Below are positions 30,469-44,593 of a DNA stretch of 64,000 nt, piece after piece. Both the position numbers and the translations under genes were made by a program. Source of the DNA: a bacterium (lineage in GTDB: Bacteria; UBA8248); assembly GCA_965219955.1 (NCBI GenBank), contig OZ244799.1, positions 32,001 to 96,000 of the forward strand, given 5' to 3'. Within the stretch, counting starts at the first letter, position 1, and each line of letters begins with the position of its first letter. The notes beneath the pieces are model-generated. The model searched no databases and was not told the DNA's origin. It was given only the letters and a program-made list of their open reading frames with translations.

Positions 30469-31278
30469 ATGTCAGGCCTCCCGACGGAGCCGGCCGACCT
30501 CGCCGACGTGCAGGCGAGTTCCGATGAGCGCAACGTCAAGATAGACAAGGTGGGTGTCAAGAACATCCGCTACCCCATCGTGGTGAAGGACCGGGCGAAG
30601 GACGCCCAGCACACCATCGGCAACGTCAACATGTACGTGGATCTGCCGCACCACTTCAAGGGCACCCACATGAGCCGCTTCCTGGAAGTGCTGAACGAGC
30701 ACACCGACGCCATCGGCGTGGACAGCGTGCCCTCGCTCCTGCAGACGATTCGCGAGCGACTGGACGCGCAGACGGCGCATTTTTCCGTCACCTTTCCCTA
30801 CTTCATGCAAAAAGCGGCTCCGGTGACGGGCGCGGAGGGGCTGATGGCGCTCGAATGCGGCTTCGAGGCCTCCGCCGGCGCGGAGGACGATTTCGTCCTG
30901 AGCATCATGGTGCGCATCGCCACGCTGTGTCCGTGTTCGAAGGAGATCAGCCTGCGCGGTGCACACAACCAGCGGGGGCACGTGCGCATCAAGGTGCGCT
31001 TCGACGGCGAGTTCTGGATAGAGGAATTGGTCGAAATCGCGGAGAGCGCGGGAAGCTGCGCGCTCTATCCGATCTTAAAGCGCGAGGACGAGAAGTTCGT
31101 CACCGAAACGGCTTTCGACAACCCCCGCTTCGTGGAGGACGTGGTGCGCGAGGCGGCCCTCCTGCTCAGGAACGACAAGCGAATCCGCTGGTTCCAGGTG
31201 GAAGTCGAGAACTTCGAGTCCATCCACGACCACAACGCCTACGCCTTCATCGAGGAAGAGGTGAGCCACGAGGGGTAG
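30469..31278 (+). CDS. folE2: GTP cyclohydrolase I type B
   Basis: KGTHMSRF, TLCPCSKEIS, AHNQR, LKREDEK, ESIHDHNA. Confidence 0.93.
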   Translation: MSGLPTEPADLADVQASSDERNVKIDKVGVKNIRYPIVVKDRAKDAQHTIGNVNMYVDLPHHFKGTHMSRFLEVLNEHTDAIGVDSVPSLLQTIRERLDAQTAHFSVTFPYFMQKAAPVTGAEGLMALECGFEASAGAEDDFVLSIMVRIATLCPCSKEISLRGAHNQRGHVRIKVRFDGEFWIEELVEIAESAGSCALYPILKREDEKFVTETAFDNPRFVEDVVREAALLLRNDKRIRWFQVEVENFESIHDHNAYAFIEEEVSHEG

Positions 31279-31351
31279 TTCGTTTCGGACGGATTTTCGG
31301 TTCCCCCCCCGACAAGAGTACCAGGGGGTTGCCTTTTGGGGTGAGGGTTTT

Positions 31352-31890
31352 GTAGGGGCGGGCCTCCGTGCCCGCCCGTATTTGGAAGGCCGCTGGACAA
31401 CCCTGTTGGATTGTCTCTCCACGTTGTTGTTCCTCGTCAGGACAGGCACGGAGGCCTGTCCCTACGGCGCACCCTCTGCGGTCGGCTCCGACACCGGAAT
31501 GACGGAGGTGGTGTAACGCGTCCAAGGCGAGAGGGCTCGTGATTCCCAGCCTTATTAATTGTAGGGGCGGACCTGTGTGTCCGCCCAATTTTCGTATTTC
31601 GGCTCGGCGACTCGGTGTCGCAATGGGCATTCGCGGAGGGCGGACACACAGGTCCGCCCCTACAAAATCCATAGACCCCTTTCGGACAGGTACGGGGATC
31701 TCGGACAGGCTCATAGGCCTATCCGCTAAGGCCTGCTGTAGTTTTTGCTCTTCATTCCGGCTTTCGCCAGAATGACGATGATTTGCCAGTCGAAGCGGCG
31801 CAGGGACGGTTCGTGGACCCATGAGAGCCCCCTTCGATGGCTCAGGACAGGCTTTCGATATACTGCCTTCGGCGGCTACTTGGGGTGAGG
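31352..31890. repeat. Dense cluster of REP-like palindromes
   Basis: GTAG-REP inverted pairs at 31352-31464 and 31561-31663; TCATTCCGGC..GAATGAC hairpin; CCCTTCGATGGCTCAGG element. Confidence 0.72.
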
Positions 31891-32033
31891 TTGCACGCGC
31901 GACTAAGGGAGCGGCGATATTCCATACGCCGCCCCAAACTACCTCATGCAAATTTTTCACTTTTCTCGCGCCCCAAAATCGCTTATAACCACCTTTTGAT
32001 TTGAATCTTTAAGCGTTTGATTCGGGACGGTTT

Positions 32034-35807
<3,774 letters not shown>

Positions 35808-35983
35808 TTCTTCTTCGTCATTTCGACTCCGCCCCGATGGAAGTTCGCGTTGTGGTTTCCCCGTTGACGGCCCGCCCCTGTGAGACTAGATTGAGGGACG
35901 CGAAATCCCGACCCGGGGGACTCTCGATGGGCGGTGGATTCGGATGCGGATTTGAAGTATAAGCGCTTGTTCGCCAAGGGACT

Positions 35984-36068
35984 GCGAGGGTGGCGGAACT
36001 GGTAGACGCGCTGGATTTAGGATCCAGTGCCTTCGGGCGTGGGGGTTCGAGTCCCCCCCTTCGCACCA
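35984..36068 (+). tRNA. tRNA-Leu(TAG)
   Basis: Cloverleaf with long variable arm, CTGGA-TTTAGGA-TCCAG anticodon arm, GGTTCGA, CCA end. Confidence 0.95.
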
Positions 36069-36118
36069 ATGGCCCTGATCATTTCATGTTGTTGCGTTTC
36101 GATTCTGGAGAGTGAGGC

Positions 36119-37495
36119 ATGACCGGCACAGTGAGCGACATCGACGCCTGCACGAAGCGTCTCGAAGTCGCCGTCCCGCGCGCGGAGGTCGCCGAAGAGA
36201 TAGAGCGCGCCTACAGGCGGCTCTCGGGGCGCGTGAAGATGAAGGGTTTCCGGAAGGGGAAAATCCCCCGCCGCGTGCTCGAGCGCTACTACGGCGAGGA
36301 GGTGCAGGCGGAGGTCCTGAACCACGTGATATCGACTTCCTACCGCAGCCTGCTGGAGGACAGGGGCATGCGTCCGGTGGGCGAGCCGAACGTGACCGAC
36401 ATCAATATGGAAGATGACGCCCCGGAACTGACGTACAAGGCGACGGTGGAGGTCATCCCCCCCTTCGAACTCGGCGAATACAAGGGGCTTAAAATCAAGG
36501 CCCATCGCCAAACGGTGACGGACGAGATGGTCGATCAGCAGATCGAGGTTCTCCGGCAGCGGGTCGCCACGTTCGAGGACGTGGACAGGGAGGCCCGTGC
36601 GGGGGATTACGTTCTCTTCGACATCGAGGCGTTCGATGGCGAGGCCGCCGTGCCCGGCTCCCGGGGGGAGAACCAGGCCCTCATGATCGGGGGCGATGAG
36701 AGCGAAACGGAGTTGAGCGACGCGCTCACCGGCATGAGGAGCGGCGAGGAGACGGACGTCGACATCGACGTTCCCGAAGGCGCCTCGCCCAACATCGCGG
36801 GCAAGAGCCTCCGGTTCCACCTTCATCTCAAGGAAGTGAAGGAAGCGCATCCGCCCGAGCTGGACGAGGAATTCGTAAAATCCTTAGGGAGAGGCTATAC
36901 CAGCACAGAAGACTTGCGGGCCGACGTCGTGAAAGAGATGGAATCGATGGAGGATTCGAACGCGCGCGGCCACGGGATTTCCGAGCTGCTGAAGTCGCTG
37001 CTCGAAGCGCATCCCTTCGAGGTGCCTCCCACGCTGGTCAAGGGGGAGGCGGATGAGCAGATTCGTGAATACGAGCGCAGGCTGCGCCAGGAAAACCCCG
37101 ACGTCCAGCTCTCCGAAGGCAAGATCGAGGAGTTGCGCGAAGAGGTGAGGCCCCGGGCCGAGGAGCGGGTGCGCCAGCTCATCATCGTGGAGCGCATCCG
37201 CGAGGCGGAGGAGATCGAGGCGAGCGCCGAGGAGGTCGAGGCGCAGATCAACATCTCGGCCGCGCGCTACGGCATGACGCCCGAGAAACTTCGCGAGCGG
37301 ATGATGACGACCGGGGCGATGGCTTCGCTCGTCTCGAACATCAACTACAACAAGACGGTGAGTTGGCTCTATGATCAGGCCGACGTGGAATTCGACGTTC
37401 ACGATGCCGCCGAACATGATGCGCATTCCCGCGACTCAGATGAGGACGAGGGGGAGGAGCGCTCATCCGGCGGCGATTCGAAAGAGGATGGATAA
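36119..37495 (+). CDS. tig: Trigger factor
   Basis: GFRKGKIP signature; tig-clpP-clpX synteny. Confidence 0.93.
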   Translation: MTGTVSDIDACTKRLEVAVPRAEVAEEIERAYRRLSGRVKMKGFRKGKIPRRVLERYYGEEVQAEVLNHVISTSYRSLLEDRGMRPVGEPNVTDINMEDDAPELTYKATVEVIPPFELGEYKGLKIKAHRQTVTDEMVDQQIEVLRQRVATFEDVDREARAGDYVLFDIEAFDGEAAVPGSRGENQALMIGGDESETELSDALTGMRSGEETDVDIDVPEGASPNIAGKSLRFHLHLKEVKEAHPPELDEEFVKSLGRGYTSTEDLRADVVKEMESMEDSNARGHGISELLKSLLEAHPFEVPPTLVKGEADEQIREYERRLRQENPDVQLSEGKIEELREEVRPRAEERVRQLIIVERIREAEEIEASAEEVEAQINISAARYGMTPEKLRERMMTTGAMASLVSNINYNKTVSWLYDQADVEFDVHDAAEHDAHSRDSDEDEGEERSSGGDSKEDG

Positions 37496-37498
37496 AAA

Positions 37499-38149
37499 GT
37501 GGCACTCGTACCCATGGTGGTGGAACAGACGAACAGAGGCGAGCGGGCGTACGACATCTACAGCCGCCTGCTGAAGGAGAGGATCATCTTTCTGGGCACG
37601 GCGATAGACGACACCATCGCGAACCTCGTGACGGCCCAGCTGCTTTTCCTGGAGGCCGAGGAGCCCGACCGCGACATCGCCATGTACGTGAACAGCCCGG
37701 GCGGCACCGTCACGGCGGGTCTGGCCATTTACGACACGATGCAGTACATCAAGCCCGACGTATCGACCATCTGCATCGGTCAGGCGGCGAGCATGGGCGC
37801 GCTCCTGCTGACGGCGGGGGCGAAGGGCAAGCGCTACGCCCTGCCCAACTCGCGCATCCTGATCCACCAGCCCCTCGGCGGCGTGCAGGGACAGGCGAGC
37901 GACATCGACATCCAGGCGCGCGAGATCCTCCGAATGCGCGAGGAACTCAACGAGATTCTCGCGCGGCACTCGGGCCAGCCGGTCAAGCGGATTGAAAAAG
38001 ACACCGATCGTGATAATTTCATGACGGCCGAACAGGCGAAGGACTACGGCCTGCTGGACGACGTGATCGTCGCGCGCACGGATTCATCGAATCTCATATC
38101 GGGCGACGGGATGGATGACGGCAACATCCAGGAGAACAACGGCTCCTGA
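37499..38149 (+). CDS. clpP: ATP-dependent Clp protease proteolytic subunit
   Basis: [28 protein letters not shown]. Confidence 0.97.
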   Translation: MALVPMVVEQTNRGERAYDIYSRLLKERIIFLGTAIDDTIANLVTAQLLFLEAEEPDRDIAMYVNSPGGTVTAGLAIYDTMQYIKPDVSTICIGQAASMGALLLTAGAKGKRYALPNSRILIHQPLGGVQGQASDIDIQAREILRMREELNEILARHSGQPVKRIEKDTDRDNFMTAEQAKDYGLLDDVIVARTDSSNLISGDGMDDGNIQENNGS

Positions 38150-38200
38150 CCGGGGCCGGTTTTGTTTCCGGAAGCGCTCTTCTCCGAGGGGGAATGATCG

Positions 38201-39442
38201 ATGGCGAGGCGAGCCTCAGATAAAAAAGACGCTCTTCGTTGCTCGTTCTGCGGAAAAAGCCAGGAGGAGGTGAAGAAGCTCATTGCCGGTCCGCACGTGT
38301 ACATCTGCGATGAATGCGTGGAGTTGTGCCAGGAAATCATGATGGAGGAGTGGAACGAGGAGCAGAAGAGCAAGGCGAAATCCCTCCTGAAGCCCACCGA
38401 GATCAAGGCCATCCTCGATGAGCACATCGTCGGCCAGGAGAAAGCGAAAAAATCGCTTTCCGTCGCCGTATACAACCACTACCGGCGCGTGGAGGCGCAA
38501 ATCGACTTACACGACGTGGAACTGCAAAAGAGCAACATCCTGCTCATCGGCCCCACCGGCTCGGGCAAGACGCTCATGGCCCAGACCCTCGCGCGCCTGC
38601 TCGACGTGCCCTTCGCCATCGTCGACGCCACCACGCTCACCGAGGCCGGCTACGTGGGCGAGGACGTGGAGAACATTATTCTCAAGCTCTTGCAGGCCGC
38701 CGATTTCGACGTGGGGAAAGCCGAGCGCGGCATCATCTACATCGACGAGGTCGACAAGATCAGCCGAAAGAGCGAGAACCCCTCCATCACCAGGGACGTC
38801 TCCGGCGAGGGGGTGCAGCAGGCCCTGCTCAAGATCATCGAGGGAACGGTGGCCAACGTGCCGCCCCAGGGCGGGCGCAAGCACCCCCACCAGGAGTTCC
38901 TGCGCGTCGACACGGCGAACATCCTCTTCATCGGGGGCGGGGCGTTCGTGGGTCTCGACGACCTCATCAAGAAGCGGGTCGGCCAGATGGGAATGGGTTT
39001 CGAGGCCAGTCTCAAGAGCGGGAAGGATGATTCGCTGAGTGCGCTGCTCGCCCAGGTGACGCCTGAGGATTTGCTGAAATACGGTCTGATCCCGGAGTTC
39101 GTGGGCCGCCTGCCGGTCGTGGCCACGCTCAATGATCTGGATCAGGACGCGCTCGTGCGCATCCTGAGCGAACCGAAAAACGCGCTCGTGAAGCAATACC
39201 GCAAGCTGGTGGAGTTCGAGAGCGTCACCCTGCAGTTCACGGAGGACGCCCTCGTCGCCATCGCCGAAAAGGCGCTCGAGCTCAACACGGGCGCGCGCGG
39301 GCTCCGCGCCATCATCGAGGAACTGATGCTCGATACGATGTACGAATTGCCGGGCATGGTCGGCGTCAAGGAAATCATCATCAACGAGAACGTGGTGGCC
39401 CGAAAGGAAAGTCCGCTGCTGGTCTATGAAAAAGCGAGTTGA
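38201..39442 (+). CDS. clpX: ATP-dependent Clp protease ATP-binding subunit
   Basis: CSFCGK..ICDEC zinc finger, [21 protein letters not shown]. Confidence 0.97.
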   Translation: MARRASDKKDALRCSFCGKSQEEVKKLIAGPHVYICDECVELCQEIMMEEWNEEQKSKAKSLLKPTEIKAILDEHIVGQEKAKKSLSVAVYNHYRRVEAQIDLHDVELQKSNILLIGPTGSGKTLMAQTLARLLDVPFAIVDATTLTEAGYVGEDVENIILKLLQAADFDVGKAERGIIYIDEVDKISRKSENPSITRDVSGEGVQQALLKIIEGTVANVPPQGGRKHPHQEFLRVDTANILFIGGGAFVGLDDLIKKRVGQMGMGFEASLKSGKDDSLSALLAQVTPEDLLKYGLIPEFVGRLPVVATLNDLDQDALVRILSEPKNALVKQYRKLVEFESVTLQFTEDALVAIAEKALELNTGARGLRAIIEELMLDTMYELPGMVGVKEIIINENVVARKESPLLVYEKAS

Positions 39443-39600
39443 GCCATCTTCCGCAACTTTTCTTCATCCGATGAGCGTTTCGTGACTCTCAGGCCGCATG
39501 GTTCCCCTCGTGCGGTTTCGGGGGAGTCCGCGCAACGGAAGGGCGGGTTGGTTTTTTCCACCAGGGGCGTTATTTTTCGTCGATGTGGGGAAAGCGCGCA

Positions 39601-39630
39601 TTGACAATGCGCGGGCTGCTTTCCTATCAT
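39601..39630 (+). promoter_or_regulatory. sigma70 promoter upstream of tRNA-Val/thrS
   Basis: TTGACA-N18-TATCAT. Confidence 0.65.
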
Positions 39631-39656
39631 TTCGCTATACCGGATATACCGGACGA

Positions 39657-39731
39657 AGGCGCGTAGCTCAGGGGGAGAGCGCTTGCTTGACACGCAAGAG
39701 GTCGGCGGTTCAAAACCGCCCGCGCCTACCA
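39657..39731 (+). tRNA. tRNA-Val(GAC)
   Basis: Cloverleaf, CTTGC-TTGACAC-GCAAG anticodon arm, GGTTCAA, CCA end. Confidence 0.95.
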
Positions 39732-39827
39732 TCATGGAATGGACGATGGGGCGATTCGCCGCCCCATCGTGAGGATAACGATTCGAGGAACTTCAGAGGA
39801 GATTGCGGCGCCAGCCAACGCCCGTTT

Positions 39828-41705
39828 ATGTCCCAGCAAACCAAGCAAAGAGACTTTCCCAAAGACGCCATCGCGCTGAAGATTGGCGGCGAGCCCGTTG
39901 ATTTGAATCGCGGCCTTCCCGACGACGCCGAACCGGATTTCATCCTGCTCGATTCCGAGGAGGGCCTGGAGATTCTGCGCCACAGCACGGCGCACCTCAT
40001 GGCCCAGGCGGTGCAGGAACTCTTTCCCGGCGCGCAGCTCACCATCGGCCCTCCTATCGAAAACGGGTTTTATTACGACATCGACGTCGACGTCACATTC
40101 ACGCCCGAGGATTTGAAGAAGATCGAGGCGAGAATGAAAAAACTCGCCAAGAAGAAATACGCCATCGAGCGCGAGGACATCTCACGCGCGGCCGCGCTGT
40201 CCCTTTTCGGGGAAAGGGGCGAGAGCTACAAGATAGAGATGATCCACGACCTGCCCGAGGACGAGGCGCTTTCGATCTACCGCCAGGGCGATTTCGTGGA
40301 CCTGTGCCGGGGGCCGCACGTGCCCGCTACGGGCTGGCTGCGCAACTTCAAGCTCCTGAGCGTGGCGGGCGCCTACTGGCGCGGCGATGAGAAGAACAAG
40401 ATGCTCCAGCGCATCTACGGCACCGCTTTCGCGACGAAGCAAGACCTGGCGGATCATCTGCAGAAACTCGAAGACGCCAGAAAGAGGGACCACCGCGTCA
40501 TCGGCAAGCAACTCGGCATCTTCCTGGTCGATGAGGACGCGGGCGGCGGGCTGATCTACTGGCAGCCCCGGGGCACGACGGTCAAAAAGGTGATCGAGCG
40601 CTTCTGGGAGGATGAACACGTCAAGCGCGGCTACCAGCTCGTCTCCATTCCCCACATCACGCGCGACGTGCTCTTCAAGACTTCCGGCCATTATGATTTC
40701 TACCGGGAAAACATGTATGTCCTGAACATCGACGAGGATGAATACGTCCTGAAACCGATGAACTGCCCGGGCCACATCCTGATCTATCAGCAGAAGATCC
40801 ACAGCTACCGCGACCTGCCCTACCGCCTCGCGGAACTGGGCACGGTCTACCGCTACGAGAGGAGCGGCGCGCTGCACGGAATGCTCCGGGTGCGGGGCTT
40901 CACCCAGGACGACGCCCACATCTTCTGCACGCCGGAGCAAGCCGAAGACGAGGTGCTGGGCGTCATCGATCTGGCGCACTTCATGCTGAGGACGTTCGGC
41001 TACGAGGATTTCGAGACCGAACTCTCGGTGCATGATAGTTCCGATTTCAGCAAGTACGCCGGCGTGCTCGAGGACTGGGAGGCGGCGGAGGAGGCGCTCA
41101 CCCGCGCGCTCGAGAAGCGGGGCATCTCCTATAAGCGCATCGAGGGCGAGGCGGCGTTCTACGGGCCGAAAATCGACATCAAGATGCGCGACGCGCTGGG
41201 CCGCGGCTGGCAGGGGCCGACCATCCAGTTCGACTTCAACCTGCCCAAGCGCTTCGATCTCAACTACGTCGGCGCGGACGGCGCGCGCCACAAGGTCATC
41301 ATGATTCACAGAACCGTCATGGGTTCGATGGAGCGTTTCGTGGGCGGGCTGATAGAGCACTACGCGGGTGCGTTTCCCGCATGGCTCGCGCCCGAGCAGG
41401 CGCGCATCATGACGATCACCGACGATCACATCCCCTACGGCCGCGAGGTGGAGAGCAAGCTGCTCGCCGCGGGGTTCCGGGCGGAGGGGGATTTCCGAAA
41501 CGAGAAGATTGGGTATAAAATAAGGGAAGCCCAGCGAGACAAGATACCGTATATGCTCATCCTCGGCGCGCGCGAGGCGGAAACCGGAGAAGTTTCTCTC
41601 AGGCTTCGCGAACAAGGCGACGTGGGGTCCATCTCATTGGAGGAACTTATGGAGAGAATGCGAAGCGACATCGAGAACAAATCACTCACCTCGGGAGCGG
41701 TCTGA
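39828..41705 (+). CDS. thrS: Threonine--tRNA ligase (start uncertain)
   Basis: RHSTAH, DLCRGPH, RDHR, KPMNCPGH, RVRGFTQDDAH. Confidence 0.95.
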   Translation: MSQQTKQRDFPKDAIALKIGGEPVDLNRGLPDDAEPDFILLDSEEGLEILRHSTAHLMAQAVQELFPGAQLTIGPPIENGFYYDIDVDVTFTPEDLKKIEARMKKLAKKKYAIEREDISRAAALSLFGERGESYKIEMIHDLPEDEALSIYRQGDFVDLCRGPHVPATGWLRNFKLLSVAGAYWRGDEKNKMLQRIYGTAFATKQDLADHLQKLEDARKRDHRVIGKQLGIFLVDEDAGGGLIYWQPRGTTVKKVIERFWEDEHVKRGYQLVSIPHITRDVLFKTSGHYDFYRENMYVLNIDEDEYVLKPMNCPGHILIYQQKIHSYRDLPYRLAELGTVYRYERSGALHGMLRVRGFTQDDAHIFCTPEQAEDEVLGVIDLAHFMLRTFGYEDFETELSVHDSSDFSKYAGVLEDWEAAEEALTRALEKRGISYKRIEGEAAFYGPKIDIKMRDALGRGWQGPTIQFDFNLPKRFDLNYVGADGARHKVIMIHRTVMGSMERFVGGLIEHYAGAFPAWLAPEQARIMTITDDHIPYGREVESKLLAAGFRAEGDFRNEKIGYKIREAQRDKIPYMLILGAREAETGEVSLRLREQGDVGSISLEELMERMRSDIENKSLTSGAV

Positions 41706-41706
41706 T

Positions 41707-42438
41707 ATGGCGTCGCGCTTCAGAGGGCGGGATATTCACCCGACAGCCACAGGCCCCAGAGCCAATCGGGACATCCGCGTTCCGATGGTGCGGGTCATCG
41801 ACGAAGACGGACAGCAGCTCGGCGTTCTCCCCGTGGAGGAGGCGGTGGAGGCCGCCGAAGATCGGGACCTTGACCTCGTCGAGGTATCTCCCAACGCTGA
41901 CCCGCCCGTGTGCAAGATCATGGACCTGGGCCGCTACAAATACACGCAGCAGAAAAAGGCGCAGGAGGCCAAGAAGAAACAGCGCGTGGTGGAGGTGAAA
42001 GAAGTCAAGCTTCGCATCAAGATTGAAGAGCACGACTACGCGATCAAGCGAAGGCACGCGGAGCGGTTCCTGAACGACGGGAACAAGGCGAAGGTCACCA
42101 TCATGTTCCGAGGACGCGAGGTGACGCACCCCGACCTGGGGAGGAAACTGCTGGAAAGAATGGCGAACGAGCTCATCGAGATCGGCACGGTGGAGCAGTT
42201 CCCCAATCTCGAGGGCCGCAACATGACGATGGTTCTCGCGCCGAAATCGACAAAACCGCCCAAAAAGGATACAACGCCGCGCAGGAAATCGGGCAGGAAG
42301 ACGGAAGACGTCTCAATGGACGATGGAAAACTGACGGCTCCTCTCGCGGAGGCGCTCAAGGATGCGGACATTCAAGTCAGCCCGGATGACGGGGCGGATG
42401 ACGGGAAACCCGAAGGAGAAGTGAAAGAAGATGCCTAA
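41707..42438 (+). CDS. infC: Translation initiation factor IF-3 (with C-terminal extension)
   Basis: [27 protein letters not shown] motifs; operon context. Confidence 0.93.
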   Translation: MASRFRGRDIHPTATGPRANRDIRVPMVRVIDEDGQQLGVLPVEEAVEAAEDRDLDLVEVSPNADPPVCKIMDLGRYKYTQQKKAQEAKKKQRVVEVKEVKLRIKIEEHDYAIKRRHAERFLNDGNKAKVTIMFRGREVTHPDLGRKLLERMANELIEIGTVEQFPNLEGRNMTMVLAPKSTKPPKKDTTPRRKSGRKTEDVSMDDGKLTAPLAEALKDADIQVSPDDGADDGKPEGEVKEDA

Positions 42439-42628
42439 GATGAAGACGAACCGCGGAGCGGCCAAGCGTTTCAAGATAACGGCTACGGGCAAGGTGAAGC
42501 GGAACCGCTCCCATCACCGTCATATCCTGACGAAGAAGACGACGAAAAGAAAAAGAGAACTCCGTCACAGCACCATCGCGAATCCCACGGACGCGAAGAT
42601 GATCAAGCGGCTGATACCTTATATGTAG
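42431..42628 (+). CDS. rpmI: 50S ribosomal protein L35
   Basis: [15 protein letters not shown]. Confidence 0.97.
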   Translation: MPKMKTNRGAAKRFKITATGKVKRNRSHHRHILTKKTTKRKRELRHSTIANPTDAKMIKRLIPYM

Positions 42629-42707
42629 TTTTTCGCCGAAATGATGATGGTTTTGCTCAGGGCGATCTGGTGAGGCGGCGCCGTCATTCCGCCGGTGAGA
42701 GGAAGAG

Positions 42708-42857
42708 ATGGGCAATCCGGTGGGCGAGCTGAATGACTTTATCAAGTCGATCCTGGGCGGGGTCGGGTCATATGTTGGTGAATATCCTTACGCTGCAGGC
42801 GCAGTCCTTTTTTTGGCTTTAATTCTCAGACGCACCTTCAAGCGCGCCCGGAAGTAA
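42708..42857 (+). CDS. Small 49-aa membrane peptide (not in the ORF track)
   Basis: GAGAGGAAGAG RBS; MGNPVGELNDFIKSILGGVGSYVGEYPYAAGAVLFLALILRRTFKRARK with a hydrophobic stretch and basic tail. Confidence 0.6.
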   Translation: MGNPVGELNDFIKSILGGVGSYVGEYPYAAGAVLFLALILRRTFKRARK

Positions 42858-43000
42858 CGCGCCCTTTTTCAGGCGCCTCGGGCTTGCGGTCATCCGCCCG
42901 TGCGGGTATATTCCCCCGGTCGGTCGCGAGAATTTGTGGGTTTTCGAGGCGGCCTCCGAGGGAATGGCAGAAAATCATCGATTGAGGGAGTAACCGAATC

Positions 43001-43357
43001 ATGCCGCGTTCGACAGGAAATCCGGCTGGCAGGGAACGACATCGCAGGCTTCTCAAGGAAGCGAAGGGCTATCGGGGTGCGCGCTCGAAGAGGTTCCGCT
43101 CCGCCCGGGAGTCCGTGTTTCGCGCCCGCGCCTACGCCTATCGCGACCGCCGGGTGCGCAAGCGCGAGTTCAGGCGTCTTTGGAACGTTCGCATCAATGC
43201 GGCGGCCCGTCTGCATGGTCTCAATTACAGCCGCTTCATCTGGGGGCTGGGCCAGGCGGGGGTGGAAGTGAACCGCAAGATTCTGGCCGAATTGGCGATT
43301 GAGGACCCCCAGGCTTTCGGCAAACTCGTGGAAATCGCCAAGGCGCAGGCCGCCTAG
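43001..43357 (+). CDS. rplT: 50S ribosomal protein L20
   Basis: [28 protein letters not shown]. Confidence 0.97.
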   Translation: MPRSTGNPAGRERHRRLLKEAKGYRGARSKRFRSARESVFRARAYAYRDRRVRKREFRRLWNVRINAAARLHGLNYSRFIWGLGQAGVEVNRKILAELAIEDPQAFGKLVEIAKAQAA

Positions 43358-43380
43358 AGCCGGGCAAGAAAAGGTGCTTC

Positions 43381-43411
43381 AGGCTCCACCCTGCCGGGTG
43401 GGGCCTTTTTT
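43381..43411 (+). terminator. Rho-independent terminator
   Basis: AGGCTCCACCC-TGCC-GGGTGGGGCCT followed by a T tract. Confidence 0.8.
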
Positions 43412-43447
43412 ATGCGGCCCCGAATGGTTGGGGACTGAGGAACGAAC

Positions 43448-44560
43448 ATGAGCGAAGACCTGCTTGTCGGCATTATCCGCGAATCCTCCGGCGCGTTGTC
43501 GGACGCCTGGGCCGCGCGCGACGCAGGCGCGGCCGAGGGAGTGCGCATTCGCTACCTGGGCCGCAAGGGCGGTGAACTCAACGAGGTGATGCGGGGACTC
43601 AAGGATTTGTCCGCCGAGGAGAAGCGCATTGTCGGTCCGCTGGCCAACGCTGTTCGCACCTACATCGAGGCGAGCGTTTCGGCCATCAAGGAAGACGACA
43701 GGGAAAAGATAATCGAAGCGCACCGCGCCCTCGGCGAACGCCTGAGAGGCAGGGAAGAGGGCGGTGCGTTGAGCGGGATGATCGAGCAAAGGGAAAATGA
43801 GATTCTCGGCGCCGGGGACGTCGCCGACACGTCGCGCTCGCGGCTCGACCTCACGATTCCCGGACGCGCGCCGCACATCGGCCATGAGCATCCCCTCGTA
43901 CAGACGATGGAGTATCTGATCGAGGTGCTCACGCGCCTGGGCTATTCCGTGGCCGAAGGCCCCGAGGCGGAACTCGATTACTACAATTTCGAGGCCCTGA
44001 ACATCCCCAGGGACCATCCGGCCCGCGACATGCAGGATACGTTTTACCTGACCGGCGACGCCCTTTTGCGCACGCACACCTCGCCCGTGCAGATCCGGGT
44101 GATGGAGAGCCAGCCGCCGCCTGTCAAGGTCATCGCCCCCGGCAAGGTGTTCCGCTGCGACGCCGACGTCACGCACTCGCCCATGTTCCACCAGATCGAG
44201 GGTTTGTACGTGGATGAGGGCGTGACGTTCGCCGACCTCAAGGGAACGCTAGAGGCCTTCGTGCGCGAAATTTTCGGCCCCGAGTACCGCGTGCGGCTCA
44301 GGCCCAGTTTCTTCCCGTTCACGGAGCCGAGCGTCGAGGTGGATATCGCCAGCGATTACGTGGCGGGCGGGGAGTGGATGGAGGTTTTGGGCGCAGGCAT
44401 GGTGGACCCGGCGGTCTTCGAGGCGGTGGGGTACGACCCCGAGCGGTGGACCGGGTTCGCCTGGGGCCTGGGCGTGGAGCGCATCACCATGCTGCGCTAC
44501 GGCATCAGCGACATCCGTCTTTTCTTTGAAAACGACTTGAGAATGCTGCGGCAATTCTGA
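43448..44560 (+). CDS. pheS: Phenylalanine--tRNA ligase alpha subunit
   Basis: HPARDMQDTFY, LRTHTS, FPFTEPS, GLGVER. Confidence 0.96.
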   Translation: MSEDLLVGIIRESSGALSDAWAARDAGAAEGVRIRYLGRKGGELNEVMRGLKDLSAEEKRIVGPLANAVRTYIEASVSAIKEDDREKIIEAHRALGERLRGREEGGALSGMIEQRENEILGAGDVADTSRSRLDLTIPGRAPHIGHEHPLVQTMEYLIEVLTRLGYSVAEGPEAELDYYNFEALNIPRDHPARDMQDTFYLTGDALLRTHTSPVQIRVMESQPPPVKVIAPGKVFRCDADVTHSPMFHQIEGLYVDEGVTFADLKGTLEAFVREIFGPEYRVRLRPSFFPFTEPSVEVDIASDYVAGGEWMEVLGAGMVDPAVFEAVGYDPERWTGFAWGLGVERITMLRYGISDIRLFFENDLRMLRQF

Positions 44561-44593
44561 TTTTTCGAATCAAACGCGCAATGAGGGACCCCG

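Noticed and set aside
31280-32033. Riboswitch (SAM or cobalamin) upstream of metH, and ORF 31247-31960
   Set aside because: No recognisable riboswitch consensus; the region is explained by REP-like palindromes and the ORF is a translation of those repeats
39498-39827. N-terminal extension of ThrS
   Set aside because: It overlaps tRNA-Val and its promoter, so the real start is downstream
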